Source of the DNA: a virus
Lineage: Duplodnaviria > Caudoviricetes
Virus record (IMG/VR): IMGVR_UViG_3300037755_001323
Coordinates: 1 to 44,809 of that record
Strand: one strand, 5' to 3'
Length of the DNA: 44,809 nucleotides
The notes under the pieces are model-generated. The model worked only from the letters and a program-made list of their open reading frames with translations. It ran no database searches and was not told the DNA's origin. Positions 1 through 8,924 of the stretch are shown piece by piece (position 1 is the stretch's first letter; each line of letters opens with the position of its first letter). Made by a program: the position numbers and the translations under genes.

Positions 1-12
1 GGCCCTATGGTT
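1..12. repeat. Terminal direct repeat (left copy), candidate 12-nt cos cohesive end
   Basis: GGCCCTATGGTT at 1-12 is identical to 44798-44809. The junction lies just upstream of the ParB-methylase/terminase block. Confidence 0.8.
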
Positions 13-34
13 CGCTCGCGGCGGCGCGAGGGGT

Positions 35-41
35 AGGACCC
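35..41 (-). promoter_or_regulatory. cosQ-like motif GGGTCCT
   Basis: Exact lambda cosQ heptamer on the minus strand, 22 nt before the 12-nt terminal repeat (23 nt in lambda). Confidence 0.6.
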
Positions 42-47
42 CGCGCG

Positions 48-566
48 TCAGATCAGCTTGGCTTCGGCTAGCTCGGCGCCGGCCGAGCTCCCCGCCGACG
101 CCGTCTGCACGGCCAGCCTCACGCGCGTGCTGCCCCGCGCAAACAACTCGTGCGCCGCGGTCATGCCCCAGGTCACCCCCGCCGCGTCGGTGTATTGTTC
201 GTCGTCGGCGTCCACGACCAGCAGCAGTTCGTGTACGCTGGCCGCGGTCAACAGCTTCACGGGCTTGTCGTCCGCGTCGAAGCCGAAGCACTGCACGAGC
301 GGGTCGGTCGTGGGCGGATCGGCAACCACATAGCGCATTCGCACCAGCAACGACGTACCCAGCCCATTGATCGGCAGATCGATCAGCGTGTCGCGCGTGA
401 TCGCGCCGGCGTTGATCACCGCGCTGCCCCCGTTGTCGGTGGCGGTCAAGTCGCTGCACATGGTCATCCAATCGGCCATGATCTGCACCGGCACCACCAC
501 CCGCTCCAGCGCGCTGGCGTGGTACGGGTGATAAAATTTCGGAGTCCCCAGCAACACCATGGTCAC
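48..566 (-). CDS. Hypothetical protein, possibly virion-associated (beta-rich)
   Basis: 172-aa ORF with GAGG RBS; last gene of the minus-strand operon before the terminus. Confidence 0.6.
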   Translation of the reverse strand: MTMVLLGTPKFYHPYHASALERVVVPVQIMADWMTMCSDLTATDNGGSAVINAGAITRDTLIDLPINGLGTSLLVRMRYVVADPPTTDPLVQCFGFDADDKPVKLLTAASVHELLLVVDADDEQYTDAAGVTWGMTAAHELFARGSTRVRLAVQTASAGSSAGAELAEAKLI

Positions 567-585
567 ACCTCTCTAATGGTTCGGC

Positions 586-1635
586 TCATGCGTCCAAATC
601 CGTAATCGTGCCCGTTGACGATTCTTCGTACTCGACCCCGTTGACGATCTCGAAGGTTCCGGCCGTGTTGACTAGATTCGAGTCCGCGGCACCGCCGGTC
701 ACGCTGCCGCCGTCGATCAGCACGCTGGAATTCGCGTTGTTCAGCAGCACGCCCTTGCCGCCACTCGGCGCTACCACCGTGCAATTGGTCAGCGTCGTTT
801 CACAGCCATCGCCCGACGCTAGATTGAGTCCCGTTCCGGTTCCGGCAGACAGCGTGATCGTGTCGTTTGTGAACGACAGGCTGACTCCGGTGAAGATCGC
901 GGCGATCTGCTTTATGACATCAGAGTTACTGGCGCCGTTGTTCGTCCAGCGAGAATACGCAGAGACAACCGTAGCGTCGTTACTCAGAATAAAAATGTTT
1001 GGACCATCGCCAGCTGATGTGGACTCACAGCCGTAAAAACGATGAGTCCCCGCGCCACTCAGAGCCGTGTTATCAAACACGCATCCGAAGCACGTCACGT
1101 CGGCCGTGCTCTCGCTGTTGACCGACCATGAAGTAGGGGACGCCCCGCTCAAATGCACATTGTAAAGAGCCACGACTGTCGCGCCGCTGCAATGCAACTG
1201 CTCGTAGGTGACGCCATCCTGGTTCATCGACAGATTGGCGATCACCCCCTGCCCTTGGAATGACATGATCGCGCGGCTGATTTGGGTATTGGTGAGCTTG
1301 GTCAGTGCCCACCCGCAGCCGTAGACACTACACGCGAAGTTCCCAATCTGATACGGGAACGAACCAGCCGTCGTGTGCGCGTTGAATGTGCGCGGCGCGA
1401 GAATGAAAACGTCGCCGGCACCATCTTCTCCGAGCGCTGTCTTGAAGACATCGCCACGGGCATTGTTGGTATCCGCCGCCGCCGCGTATTTTTCCCATCC
1501 GCCGCCCGCGCTGAAGCGGACCACGTCGCAATCGGCGAACAGCTCCTGCCAGCTGCTGCCCCGCCCGGTCATGGCCAGCGTCGGCCTGCGGGGCGCCCAG
1601 CTCACCGCTCGTGATCCGCGTGCCAGCGCTAACAT
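586..1635 (-). CDS. Beta-helix (pectin-lyase-like) tailspike/depolymerase-like protein
   Basis: Gly/Asn/Thr/Ser-rich beta-repeat pattern; 'GDVFILAP' and 'VYGCGWALTKL' resemble the start of pectate-lyase-fold proteins; lower GC than flanks. Confidence 0.55.
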   Translation of the reverse strand: MLALARGSRAVSWAPRRPTLAMTGRGSSWQELFADCDVVRFSAGGGWEKYAAAADTNNARGDVFKTALGEDGAGDVFILAPRTFNAHTTAGSFPYQIGNFACSVYGCGWALTKLTNTQISRAIMSFQGQGVIANLSMNQDGVTYEQLHCSGATVVALYNVHLSGASPTSWSVNSESTADVTCFGCVFDNTALSGAGTHRFYGCESTSAGDGPNIFILSNDATVVSAYSRWTNNGASNSDVIKQIAAIFTGVSLSFTNDTITLSAGTGTGLNLASGDGCETTLTNCTVVAPSGGKGVLLNNANSSVLIDGGSVTGGAADSNLVNTAGTFEIVNGVEYEESSTGTITDLDA

Positions 1636-1645
1636 GGACGTTGCC

Positions 1646-2029
1646 TCAATTCCCGCTCAGCCGGGCAATCTCCCGCGTCAGCCGCGACATTTCACCCAGC
1701 AGCTCGAGATGTGCCTTGTGCCGTTCGGTTTCCGTTTGCCGGTTCCGCACCCATTCGGTCTCCAGCCGCTTTTCGTGCGTGGCCCGCTGCGCGCCCAGCG
1801 CCCTGAGAAACTCGCTGCGGGCCTCGGACAGGTCATGACGCATGTTTTGGTAGACCACGAACAGCGCGCCGATCTGGCAGGCGAAGATCAGCACCAGCAC
1901 CACCACCACCGACTCCTGCCGCGCCAGCCAGCCGGTGGCAAACCGCGCAATCAGCGTCTTCCAATTCCCGCTCTCGAGCGGCGCGTCCGTGATCGTGTTG
2001 GCGCGTCCTGCTCGCCGGGCCGAGTTCAT
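1646..2029 (-). CDS. Single-TM plus coiled-coil membrane protein (holin/spanin-like candidate)
   Basis: Hydrophobic [20 protein letters not shown] followed by a charged helix; ATGA-coupled to csrA. Confidence 0.55.
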   Translation of the reverse strand: MNSARRAGRANTITDAPLESGNWKTLIARFATGWLARQESVVVVLVLIFACQIGALFVVYQNMRHDLSEARSEFLRALGAQRATHEKRLETEWVRNRQTETERHKAHLELLGEMSRLTREIARLSGN

Positions 2030-2205
2030 GTCTTTCTGGGTCCTTCCCGCTGAATCCGCTCGTAGACTTCCTGGCGGTGGATTTCGACGTCCTGGGGCGC
2101 CTCGAATCCCAGCCGCACGCGATCGCCCCGCACGTCGACCACCGTGATCACCACGTTGTCGCCGATCACGATTTTTTCGTTCGTTTTCCGCGTCAGCACG
2201 AGCAT
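2026..2205 (-). CDS. csrA: Carbon storage regulator CsrA (59 aa; absent from the ORF track)
   Basis: Manual translation: [59 protein letters not shown], a canonical CsrA signature. Confidence 0.95.
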   Translation of the reverse strand: MLVLTRKTNEKIVIGDNVVITVVDVRGDRVRLGFEAPQDVEIHRQEVYERIQREGPRKT

Positions 2206-2293
2206 CGAAGTGTTCCCCGGTTTTGAAAATTGCCGGCGGGACCGCAGCCTTTTGCCGCGGCCCGCCGGCCGCCCCGCCTCATTTCCTGCTCGC

Positions 2294-2587
2294 TCAGTTG
2301 TTCGCGGCCGTCGGCTCTTCGGCCAACAGCACGTTGACCACGCGAATCACATCGTTGCCCGCATCGACCGCCGCGCCGCGTGCCACGTCCCGCTCGGCCG
2401 ACGCTTTGTCCAACTCCGCCTGGGCCGCATCGCGCCCGTTCCTGGCCCGCGTCTGGTCGGCCTTGGCCTGTTCGTACCGGGTCAGCCTGTCGGCCAGCTT
2501 GGCATACGCCAGCCCCAGCGCGTCCGGTAGCCCGTCGGGTTCCGTCGGCTCGATAACCGCTTCGGCCGTTTCGCTTTTCTTGGCCAT
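2294..2587 (-). CDS. Small coiled-coil hypothetical protein
   Basis: 97-aa Ala-rich helical ORF with AGGAG RBS. Confidence 0.65.
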   Translation of the reverse strand: MAKKSETAEAVIEPTEPDGLPDALGLAYAKLADRLTRYEQAKADQTRARNGRDAAQAELDKASAERDVARGAAVDAGNDVIRVVNVLLAEEPTAANN

Positions 2588-2618
2588 CGCTGTCTCCTGG
2601 TTTGGTGTTTGGCCGCCG

Positions 2619-2651
2619 TGTTTACTTCGTGTTTACTTCGCGTTCACTTCG
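2619..2651. repeat. Three tandem 11-bp units (YGTTYACTTCG)
   Basis: tgtttacttcg tgtttacttcg cgttcacttcg, just after the stop of 2656-3546. Confidence 0.7.
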
Positions 2652-2655
2652 CGCG

Positions 2656-3546
2656 TTACACGACCGCCGGACCAATCGCCTTACCGCCGCCGCCCCCCAC
2701 GCCGCCGGTTTGCTCGGTGGCCGTCTGCTGGTCGATCGTGTCCTCGCCGGCCAGTCCGGTCGCGCCTGGGATCGGACCGATCGGATATTGCTTCAGGTTC
2801 GGCAAGATCAGGTTGGCCGGAATGCCGTCCAGCAGCGGCCGCAGGTCGACTTCGGTGGGGATCGAAAACATGTTGCCCGGTCCGTCCAGCGCCTCGATGT
2901 TCATGGTCACCTGGTCGGGCAGGTAGGCGTCGTAGTGTTCGGCCGTGAACACGAACGTATCCTCCTCGAGCGCCGCCCGATCGATTTGCAACAGTTCGGT
3001 GCCCATCATCACCTTGATCCGCCGGAAGTATTGGTAGATCTCGGTGGCGAAGGCGGTGGTGGTGGTCAGCGACAGGTTGTTGTCGGAGTGCTGGTAGAAG
3101 TTCGTCAGCGCGTACATCACCAGCTCGTTGTATTCCATCATCCAGTGATTGCGCACGAACGGCCCGTCGAAGTAGGGCACGGGGTGGATCATCCAGATCT
3201 TGACCGCCGGCCGCTGGTGGTTCGGTTCCAGCCGCAGTTCGTTGTACGCGCTCATCCGCGCGCCCAGCACGCTGTTCACGCGGTTGAGCATCTTGCCGAT
3301 CCGCTCGATCGTGTTGCGGCTGGGAGGCTGCGTTCGCCAGGCGTCCTCGTGCGTCATCAGAAACAGTTGCAGGCGGGCAATCTCGTCGGCCAGCGAGTGC
3401 AGCGACACGTTGAGCGTGCCGATGGTGTCGATGAAGCCGTCCCCCATTCTCGATTTCGAGCCGAAGTTGGGCACGCCGAACCCCAGCCGATTCCAGGGGT
3501 CGACGTCGTACAGCAAGACGCGGTCGGTGCCGAATAGCTGGGGCAT
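2656..3546 (-). CDS. Hypothetical protein (296 aa, globular-looking)
   Basis: Long ORF with normal composition, directly downstream of the serine protease gene. Confidence 0.8.
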   Translation of the reverse strand: MPQLFGTDRVLLYDVDPWNRLGFGVPNFGSKSRMGDGFIDTIGTLNVSLHSLADEIARLQLFLMTHEDAWRTQPPSRNTIERIGKMLNRVNSVLGARMSAYNELRLEPNHQRPAVKIWMIHPVPYFDGPFVRNHWMMEYNELVMYALTNFYQHSDNNLSLTTTTAFATEIYQYFRRIKVMMGTELLQIDRAALEEDTFVFTAEHYDAYLPDQVTMNIEALDGPGNMFSIPTEVDLRPLLDGIPANLILPNLKQYPIGPIPGATGLAGEDTIDQQTATEQTGGVGGGGGKAIGPAVV

Positions 3547-3548
3547 GT

Positions 3549-5036
3549 TCAGGATCCTTTTGGTTGGTCTTTCCAGCCGAGGGTGGCTCCCTCCGCCGTG
3601 CGCATTTTTTCCACGCGCTCGGCGCCGCCGGAGAGTTGGTCATAAATCGACAGCACCCGTTCCACCACGGGCGCCGATGTCTTGGGGTCGTATTCGGCCT
3701 CGCGACGCAGCGCGTCGAGCAACCGCTCGTATTCGTGATCGACGACGTTGACCCGCGCCACGCGCAAGCGTCCCGACGCCGTGCGCTCGGCCCCGACGAG
3801 TGTCGCAAGCCGTTTCCTGGCCCGCCGCTTGACGATCCACCACACCACCCCCGCGCCCAGCGCGGCCGCCGGCGCGCCGAGTCCCACGGCCAGCAGCCCT
3901 TTTTTCAGCACCGCCTTGCCCGCCCCGTCGGCCCAGCCGGGCAGTCGCTCGGCCCACTCGGGCAATCGTGGCGCCGGCGGTGTTTGCCGATCGAATTCGC
4001 CGCCGGCCGGCTCGGTGTTTGGTGGCGCAGCCGTTGGCTGGCTCTTGAGTCGCGCCTCGAGCGCGGCGATCTCGGCCCGCAACCGCTGCCGTTCGGCGTC
4101 GAATTGTTGCCGCTCGGCGTCCGCGTTCGGCGCCGTCTGGGCTGGCGTTTTTTCGGGTGTCGTCGGTGCCGGCGGTGCCCCGCCCCCGCCGCGTCGCCCC
4201 AAGATCGGCGCCTGCTCCCGGCGGAACTCGATCCGCGCCGCCCACCGCTGAATAAAAGCCCGCAATCGCGGCAGGGCCACGCCGTCGACCGCTCCGCGGC
4301 CATTGGTGCCGTACAGCACACCGCACACTTGCCAGTGCGCGTCGAGCATCGGCCCTCCCGAGTCGCCGGGCGTGGCGCTCCCGCTGATCACGAAATTAGC
4401 CCCCGCCGGTCCGGCCCGCCCGTCGCTGCCGATTCGCGTTCGGTAGTCGACCGCGGCCCCCGGCGAACATTGCATCGTCCCCTCGGCTCCGCCGTAGCCG
4501 ATCGCATAGACCGCATCGCCCCTTTGGGGAGTGTTGGCGGCCAGCGCGATCGGTTGTTCCGCTGGCTCGGCGATTTCCAGCAGCAGCGCGTCCAGGCTCG
4601 CATCGTGCCCGAGAATGTTGGCCCCATAGGCCCGACCGCTGGGGAACACGACCACGGCCTGCCCGGCCGTTTTGTCGGTGTCGTAGAACGTATGCGCACA
4701 GGTCACGATCAGAGCGCGCCCGTTCCCCTTGGCGACCAGCGTGCCGGCCCCCTCGAAACGATGTTGCGGTCCGACCCAATTCTGCACCTTCACGATGGCC
4801 GCCGTCACGCCGCTCGGCACCCGCGTGCCTGCCTGGGGTGCCGCCCCGCGCGTCTGGTAGTGCGGGGTCTGATAACCGCCGAGCGGCCCATACCCGCCGC
4901 TGGGGCCCCTGTCCGGTAAGCACTGCCCGCCGGGGCACCGCCCGCCGGGGCACTGCCCGCCGGCCGGCGCCGTGGCGACCAGCAGCAGCAGCGCCGCGAT
5001 CAACAGAGCCATTGCTTGGGTGATTCCGGCCTTCAT
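3549..5036 (-). CDS. Trypsin-like (S1) serine protease with signal peptide and C-terminal TM segment
   Basis: TCAH, D (SLDALL) and GDSGG triad motifs; hydrophobic N-terminus; CPGGxCP repeats; start at 5036 supported by ATGA overlap with the upstream ORF. Confidence 0.9.
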   Translation of the reverse strand: MKAGITQAMALLIAALLLLVATAPAGGQCPGGRCPGGQCLPDRGPSGGYGPLGGYQTPHYQTRGAAPQAGTRVPSGVTAAIVKVQNWVGPQHRFEGAGTLVAKGNGRALIVTCAHTFYDTDKTAGQAVVVFPSGRAYGANILGHDASLDALLLEIAEPAEQPIALAANTPQRGDAVYAIGYGGAEGTMQCSPGAAVDYRTRIGSDGRAGPAGANFVISGSATPGDSGGPMLDAHWQVCGVLYGTNGRGAVDGVALPRLRAFIQRWAARIEFRREQAPILGRRGGGGAPPAPTTPEKTPAQTAPNADAERQQFDAERQRLRAEIAALEARLKSQPTAAPPNTEPAGGEFDRQTPPAPRLPEWAERLPGWADGAGKAVLKKGLLAVGLGAPAAALGAGVVWWIVKRRARKRLATLVGAERTASGRLRVARVNVVDHEYERLLDALRREAEYDPKTSAPVVERVLSIYDQLSGGAERVEKMRTAEGATLGWKDQPKGS

Positions 5037-5209
5037 GAAAAAATTCCGTACCGCCACTGTTTTTGCATGCGTGTCTCGGGCCTGTTGGGAAGGCTCGACC
5101 ACGGCACCCGCGCCACCGCCGCCCGCGTTCCCTGCCTCAGCAATCGTTTCGCGTACAGCTTCCGCTGCCGGGCGCTTCGCAGTTGTTTCAAGCGGGCATT
5201 GGCCGTCAT
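5033..5209 (-). CDS. Small basic hypothetical protein (58 aa)
   Basis: MTANARLKQLRS...GIFS*; ATGA overlaps at both ends. Confidence 0.5.
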   Translation of the reverse strand: MTANARLKQLRSARQRKLYAKRLLRQGTRAAVARVPWSSLPNRPETRMQKQWRYGIFS

Positions 5210-5400
5210 GCTTTGTCCGTTGGCCCGATCACGTAAGTCGAATCGGCCGCCGCTTCGGCCGCTTCGAGCGTGCCCTCACGCATGCTGCGGTGGGACTCGC
5301 CGATACAAAACGCTTCGACCACCGCCTCGAAGACGATTTGGCGCGCCTCGTCGTCGAGCGTAATGCCCAGCACGGCTTCCAGTCTTTGCACCGCGTTCAT
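5206..5400 (-). CDS. Small hypothetical protein
   Basis: ORF with GAGGG RBS before ATG 5400. Confidence 0.55.
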   Translation of the reverse strand: MNAVQRLEAVLGITLDDEARQIVFEAVVEAFCIGESHRSMREGTLEAAEAAADSTYVIGPTDKA

Positions 5401-5414
5401 GGCGTCCCTCACTT

Positions 5415-5444
5415 ATCCGCGTGTATCCGCGTCCATCCGCGGTT
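5415..5444 (-). repeat. GGA-rich dispersed repeat, half copy
   Basis: Sense strand AACCGCGGATGGACGCGGATACACGCGGAT. Confidence 0.85.
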
Positions 5445-5599
5445 TCTTCGTCCGCGCGTCCCTCACTTCCATGGGTTGGGAATTGCTGACGGTCGGTAGT
5501 CGGCCGGTCGTTTGGATTTCTTGGGCTTGGACGGGTTGGCGGTACGCGTCCGCTGCCGGCGGCGTGGTTTCTTTTTCGGCATAACGTCTCAGATCAAGA

Positions 5600-5679
5600 G
5601 AACCACGGATGGACGCGGATCCACGCGGATGGGGATCAAGAAATTAGTATCCGTGTTTATCCGTGTCCATCCGCGGTTC
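5600..5679. repeat. GGA-rich palindromic repeat, full 80-bp copy
   Basis: GAACCACGGATGGACGCGGAT...ATCCGTGTCCATCCGCGGTTC imperfect inverted arms around an 18-nt loop. Confidence 0.9.
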
Positions 5680-5883
5680 TGTTTTGCTTCTTCCATGTTC
5701 GGCCGTTTCCAGCGGGCACGTGCAGCGCGGCTTACAATTCCGCTGGCAGTGCGGGCAACTTTCCGCGCATCCGCAGCCGCGGTGTCGCGGGTGCATCAGC
5801 ACGTCGACCGCGCAGGCCACCAGCAGCAGCCCCGCCGCCAACACCACCACCTCCAGCGTGCCGCCAAAGTTCTTATAGTTCAT
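5644..5883 (-). CDS. Small membrane protein with Cys-rich tail
   Basis: Hydrophobic VVVLAAGLLLVACAV then CGCAESCPHCQRNCKPRCTC; C-terminus is encoded by the repeat. Confidence 0.55.
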   Translation of the reverse strand: MNYKNFGGTLEVVVLAAGLLLVACAVDVLMHPRHRGCGCAESCPHCQRNCKPRCTCPLETAEHGRSKTEPRMDTDKHGY

Positions 5884-6571
5884 CGCCACACCATCCTGTC
5901 GGGCTAATTTCGTTTGTTTCCAGGTAGTCACCGATCGGCCTTGGAAAATTCGTCGGCACGTCGAGCGTGAACAGCTTCGTCAACAGCGGCGTCGTCACGA
6001 CGTCGCCGGGCAGCATCAGCCGGTCGGGCCGATTGTTCAGTAGGGCCGCCGCGTGCCGGCGGTACACGTGGCTGACCGCCTGGCTGCAATACGGCCGCAC
6101 GTCGTTCCAATCGTCTTCTCGCAGATCCGCCACCAGCCACCGCGTGAACGGCAAGAACCACAGGCTCGAGCGGACCACGTTCCACGCGCCGTACCGATCA
6201 GCCAGCGCCAGGCTGCGCATTTCGTCGCAGATGGCCGCGCGCGTCTCGAATTGCAAACCCGGTTCGGGGAGCCGCTCGAACTGGCCGCCGAAGCGCGTCA
6301 TGCGGTACACGTCGATCCGCCCCGGGTTGGCGCGGACCTCGTCGACCAGCGGTTTGAGTTTTTGCCGCGCCAGTCGCATGCCCAGCGCGATCCACCGCTC
6401 GCCCAAGCGGTCCAGCAGGGCCGTGTGCACGTCGGGGTTGCGGCCCCCGATGGCGATCATCTTGCTCGGCAGCCAGGCCAGCGGGTCGGCCGTAAACGGC
6501 GCCATGCGGTAGCTCAGCACGTCGGCGGTGGCCAGATGGTCGGCGGCCACGTTGAGCGGGACCAGGGGCAT
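5873..6571 (-). CDS. Permuted papain-like amidase (YiiX/YaeF, C92-like)
   Basis: D-hydrophobic N-terminal motif (ADVLSYR), then HTAL, then YCSQAVSHVY; His-before-Cys order typical of permuted NlpC/P60 enzymes. Confidence 0.7.
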   Translation of the reverse strand: MPLVPLNVAADHLATADVLSYRMAPFTADPLAWLPSKMIAIGGRNPDVHTALLDRLGERWIALGMRLARQKLKPLVDEVRANPGRIDVYRMTRFGGQFERLPEPGLQFETRAAICDEMRSLALADRYGAWNVVRSSLWFLPFTRWLVADLREDDWNDVRPYCSQAVSHVYRRHAAALLNNRPDRLMLPGDVVTTPLLTKLFTLDVPTNFPRPIGDYLETNEISPTGWCGDEL

Positions 6572-6719
6572 CGGGCGCCTGCGAGGTTGGGGGAGCGGAG
6601 GCGAAAGCAGCGACGTGATCGGTCGACGTGTCGGGCGGCCGTTCGAGGGCAGAGGCTCTCGACGGGCATGACTGCCTGATCAGTCTGCACCATACGCCGT
6701 TCGTGCGGCCCGAGAAAAG

Positions 6720-6905
6720 TCAACCACCGCGGGAGGGAGTTTTGCGCCCGGTCGAAAAACCGCTGCGCCGTGCTCGGCGTCGGCGCAGCTCCTCGCGGGC
6801 CTGCGGATCGCCGGAGGCGCTGGCCCGCACGCGCGGGCAGTCGCAGCGGTCCTGTCCGCAGGTCGGGCAGCGCGGGTCAACCAGCGGCAGCATCAGTTGG
6901 CGCAT
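6720..6905 (-). CDS. Small Zn-finger protein
   Basis: CPTCGQDRCDC motif. Confidence 0.45.
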   Translation of the reverse strand: MRQLMLPLVDPRCPTCGQDRCDCPRVRASASGDPQAREELRRRRARRSGFSTGRKTPSRGG

Positions 6906-6918
6906 GGGGCGGTTCTGT

Positions 6919-7203
6919 TCAGGGTCCTGGCCAGCCGCAGGTGCGGCACGGCACCACATCGATCATGGCCCGGCAGGTGGGACACCAAAGGGGATCGATC
7001 CGCCGTTCCTCGCCGCGCAACAGCGAGCTGCCCGGCCGCCGCCGTCCGCGGGCGATGGCCCGCACGGTCGAGCGGTCGATGGTCCACGCGCCGCCCGAGC
7101 GCGTTCGCACCAGCGCCGGGATCCCGCGCAGGCTGTGCCCCTCGGCCAGCAGTTCTTGGACCAGTTCGGTGGCCGGGTGCCGCGGTCGTCCGCCTCGGCT
7201 CAT
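6919..7203 (-). CDS. HTH plus Zn-ribbon protein, candidate late regulator
   Basis: LLAEGHSLRGI...IDRSTVRAIARG HTH-like segment followed by CPTC...CRTC. Confidence 0.6.
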   Translation of the reverse strand: MSRGGRPRHPATELVQELLAEGHSLRGIPALVRTRSGGAWTIDRSTVRAIARGRRRPGSSLLRGEERRIDPLWCPTCRAMIDVVPCRTCGWPGP

Positions 7204-7291
7204 CACCGCCTTCCAGGGGTTTGTGTGTTGTTCCCAACCCCCTATCACGCCAAGACTAACGGCCCTTGTAGGGCCCGACCAGAGCGACCGC

Positions 7292-7756
7292 CTACGTTTT
7301 CCGCCGCGGCGACTTGTAGCTGGCCAGCGAGCGTGGCAGCCTGGTGATGATGATGTCGCGTCCCCGCACGGCGCCGGCCCGTGGTTTTTGTTCGCTGGTG
7401 GTGATCCGCTCCAGCGCGATGCGGGCCAGGTGCCGCGCGTCGTCGTCGGCCGCCGGCCGCTTGCCGTTGTGGAACGCCTTGAGCAGCTCCGCGTGCATTT
7501 GCTGGCGTTTCTGTGGCGAGCTGAAGGCGTAGGCGAAGGCCAGCAGCTCCTCGTCGGTGGGCCTGCTGGTGGCCGTGCGAAAGCCGTCGGCGTCGACGTC
7601 CACGATCATCTGGATCCAGGCCAGAAAGTCGACCTGCTGGTCGATCCCCACGGCAACCGCGTCTCGCCAGTCGGCGGCATCCTTGCCGACGATCCGTAAG
7701 GCCTGAAACTCGAGGGGCGAAAAGCCGCCCGGCGGAGCAAGCGCCTTGTTAGCCAT
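7292..7756 (-). CDS. Hypothetical protein
   Basis: ORF starting MANKALAP with GAGG RBS. Confidence 0.6.
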   Translation of the reverse strand: MANKALAPPGGFSPLEFQALRIVGKDAADWRDAVAVGIDQQVDFLAWIQMIVDVDADGFRTATSRPTDEELLAFAYAFSSPQKRQQMHAELLKAFHNGKRPAADDDARHLARIALERITTSEQKPRAGAVRGRDIIITRLPRSLASYKSPRRKT

Positions 7757-7950
7757 CCCTGACCTCGACCTGGCGAGCGCGGCGTCCACCCTCCTGGGGA
7801 AAACCCCCAGTGGGCGGTCGAACCGGTACTCGCGACAGCCTACCGCCGCCGCCCCCCCCCAGAAAGTCAACCACCGTCGGAGGGGGATTGCGCGACGAGC
7901 GGGTTCGGCGATCACGGCGTCACGTCGCCCGAGGTGACGCCGCTGCGGCG

Positions 7951-8856
7951 TCACGGTGACCCGTCGACGGCGCCCCGTCGAGAGCCTCGGGGTCGAACGA
8001 CGCCGACGCCCTCGCCGTGGTCGGCGATGGTCCCGATCGGCATGGTCCCGATCGGCTTCGCCCGGCCGTTGCGAAGTGTGACGCCGCCGGCCGTCGCGTC
8101 ACGCGTGCGTTGCAGCCGCTTCCGGCAGGCAAAGTCGAAACAGTTCCGCCGGCCGGTCACGATCCGGCCGCAGCCGCACATGCAATAGCGTTGTGACGCC
8201 GCAGCGGCGGCCGGCGCGAGCACCGCCACCGCCACCGCTTGGGCGAGCACCAGTGCCAGCCACCGCGGCACGCCGTTGCCGATGGCGGCCTTGGCGGCGG
8301 CCTTCGTGAACCCGGGCAACGTGACAGGACCTGCGCATCCCTGCAGCGCCGCGAGCTGCTCGAGCGACCGCTTGTCGTTGGCTAGCGCCGCCCCCGGGGC
8401 GTCACGCGGGGTGACCCCCCGCGGCAGTTGCAGCTTCGAACCGTTTAGCGCCGACCATTGAATGTGGCGCAGCCGCCGCCCGTGACCGTACCAGGCGGCG
8501 TCACACGGCAACCGTTGCGTGGGCGGGAATCCGGGCACCGTGATTCGTGGCACGCGCGAGACGTTCTCCAGCAGCCACCAGGCGGGGCACGCTGCGGCGA
8601 CGACGCGCACGAACTCGTCGAGCATGGCCTGGCCGTAGCCGGTCGGCGGCGCACGCCGCGCGCTGGAAAAGTCCTGGCATGGCGAGCCGCCGATAACGCC
8701 GGCGAAGTGACCGGCCGGCGGATGGAAACGGCGCACGTCGCCGCCCCACAGCAGGTCCGGCCCGCGGACGACGCAGAAGCCGACCTGCTCGAACCCACGA
8801 TCGAGCAAGCCGATTCCCGGAAACACCGACAACACCAGCGGCCCACGTGCGGTCAC
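7951..8856 (-). CDS. DNA cytosine-C5 methyltransferase with C-terminal CxCGCG Zn module
   Basis: Motif I SVFPGIG, motif IV GGSPCQDFS, motif VI ENV, motif X IGNGVP; GTG start after GAGGAGG. Confidence 0.9.
   Translation of the reverse strand: MTARGPLVLSVFPGIGLLDRGFEQVGFCVVRGPDLLWGGDVRRFHPPAGHFAGVIGGSPCQDFSSARRAPPTGYGQAMLDEFVRVVAAACPAWWLLENVSRVPRITVPGFPPTQRLPCDAAWYGHGRRLRHIQWSALNGSKLQLPRGVTPRDAPGAALANDKRSLEQLAALQGCAGPVTLPGFTKAAAKAAIGNGVPRWLALVLAQAVAVAVLAPAAAAASQRYCMCGCGRIVTGRRNCFDFACRKRLQRTRDATAGGVTLRNGRAKPIGTMPIGTIADHGEGVGVVRPRGSRRGAVDGSP
7977..8001 (+). repeat. 25-bp REP-like dispersed repeat GTCGAGAGCCTCRGGGTCGAACGAC
   Basis: Reverse-complement copies at 11635-11659 and 14876-14900, and a degenerate copy at 6640-6663. 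Confidence 0.8.
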
Positions 8857-8924
8857 GATTTCCTCCTCGTCATCCGCGGCGTGGCGGTCCGCCTCGTCGT
8901 TTCCGCCGCTGGCGGCCACCCTCG

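Noticed and set aside
4921-4963. 15-bp tandem repeat in the protease gene
   Set aside because: Explained by the encoded CPGGxCP peptide repeat.
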